Origin: a virus
IMG/VR virus record: IMGVR_UViG_3300021961_000020
Strand: one strand, 5' to 3'
Length of the DNA: 64,000 nt
Position numbers and translations under genes: made by a program. Below, piece after piece: positions 63,702-64,000 of this stretch. The notes beneath the pieces were generated by a model, which saw nothing but the letters and a program-made list of their open reading frames with translations, did not search any database and had not been told where the DNA came from. Within the stretch, counting starts at the first letter, position 1. Each line of letters opens with the position of its first letter.

Positions 63702-64000
63702 ATCCAGTCAGGTTTACGATGGGGCAACCTAATATAATTATCGCACACCCATGGTTTAGATGCAATGTACATCTTGTACGCATCAAAAGTTGTAATGCTT
63801 GTATCCAGTTTATATTCGTCAGGCATAGCTCTGGCAAAGGGAGTAACCTTATCCAGTTTACCTTTGGGGAAAAGGTAGTATGCTTGCACTAAAGTATTCT
63901 CACAAGCATGAGTTTTGTTATACCTCAAGGTATATTCGTCACACAGATTTAGTCCCCACTTGATTAACCAATAGGCGTTATCCACGGTGTCTGCCGCCCA
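63698..64000 (-). CDS. Pyrimidine-dimer glycosylase/DenV-like family protein, 3' part (truncated by the window edge)
   Basis: Open to the edge: WAADTVDNAYWL...EYTLRYNKTH...TPFARAMPDEYK...AYKMY. Confidence 0.65.
   Translation of the reverse strand, partial: WAADTVDNAYWLIKWGLNLCDEYTLRYNKTHACENTLVQAYYLFPKGKLDKVTPFARAMPDEYKLDTSITTFDAYKMYIASKPWVCDNYIRLPHRKPDWI

Noticed and set aside
1-64000. Stop-codon reassignment or alternative genetic code
   Set aside because: Core genes translate full-length with the standard code, all three stops are used, and no suppressor tRNA is present

Overview
The window is a 64 kb segment of a T4-like marine cyanomyovirus (Kyanoviridae-type). Every supportable gene lies on the minus strand. 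In transcription order (high to low coordinates) it holds five blocks. (1) A replication core: denV-like (partial), gp44, three inserted nucleases plus dam, gp62, regA, hsp20, gp43, uvsX, gp41, mazG, gp61, nrdA, nrdB. (2) Late-promoter genes including two large Glu/Lys-rich proteins and a nucleotidyltransferase. (3) Six tRNAs interleaved with 2OG-Fe(II) oxygenases. (4) A GDP-fucose/glycosyltransferase island, then a photosynthesis island (porin-like gene, 2 hli, petF, peroxiredoxin, halogenase-like gene, psbA, psbD). (5) Tail-fibre-like structural genes, then a separately promoted operon with a GT9-like transferase, split HldE-like kinase and nucleotidyltransferase, HAD phosphatase, cupin and two carbamoyltransferases. 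The most notable leads are that sugar-carbamoylation operon, a late nucleotidyltransferase with a T4 capsid-targeting-like N-terminus, putative protease-processed head polyproteins, and a nuclease triplet with a T4-style late-promoter/hairpin control element. Several compact terminator-promoter fusions and candidate structured RNAs were also seen. All family calls come from motif recognition by eye; no database search was run.
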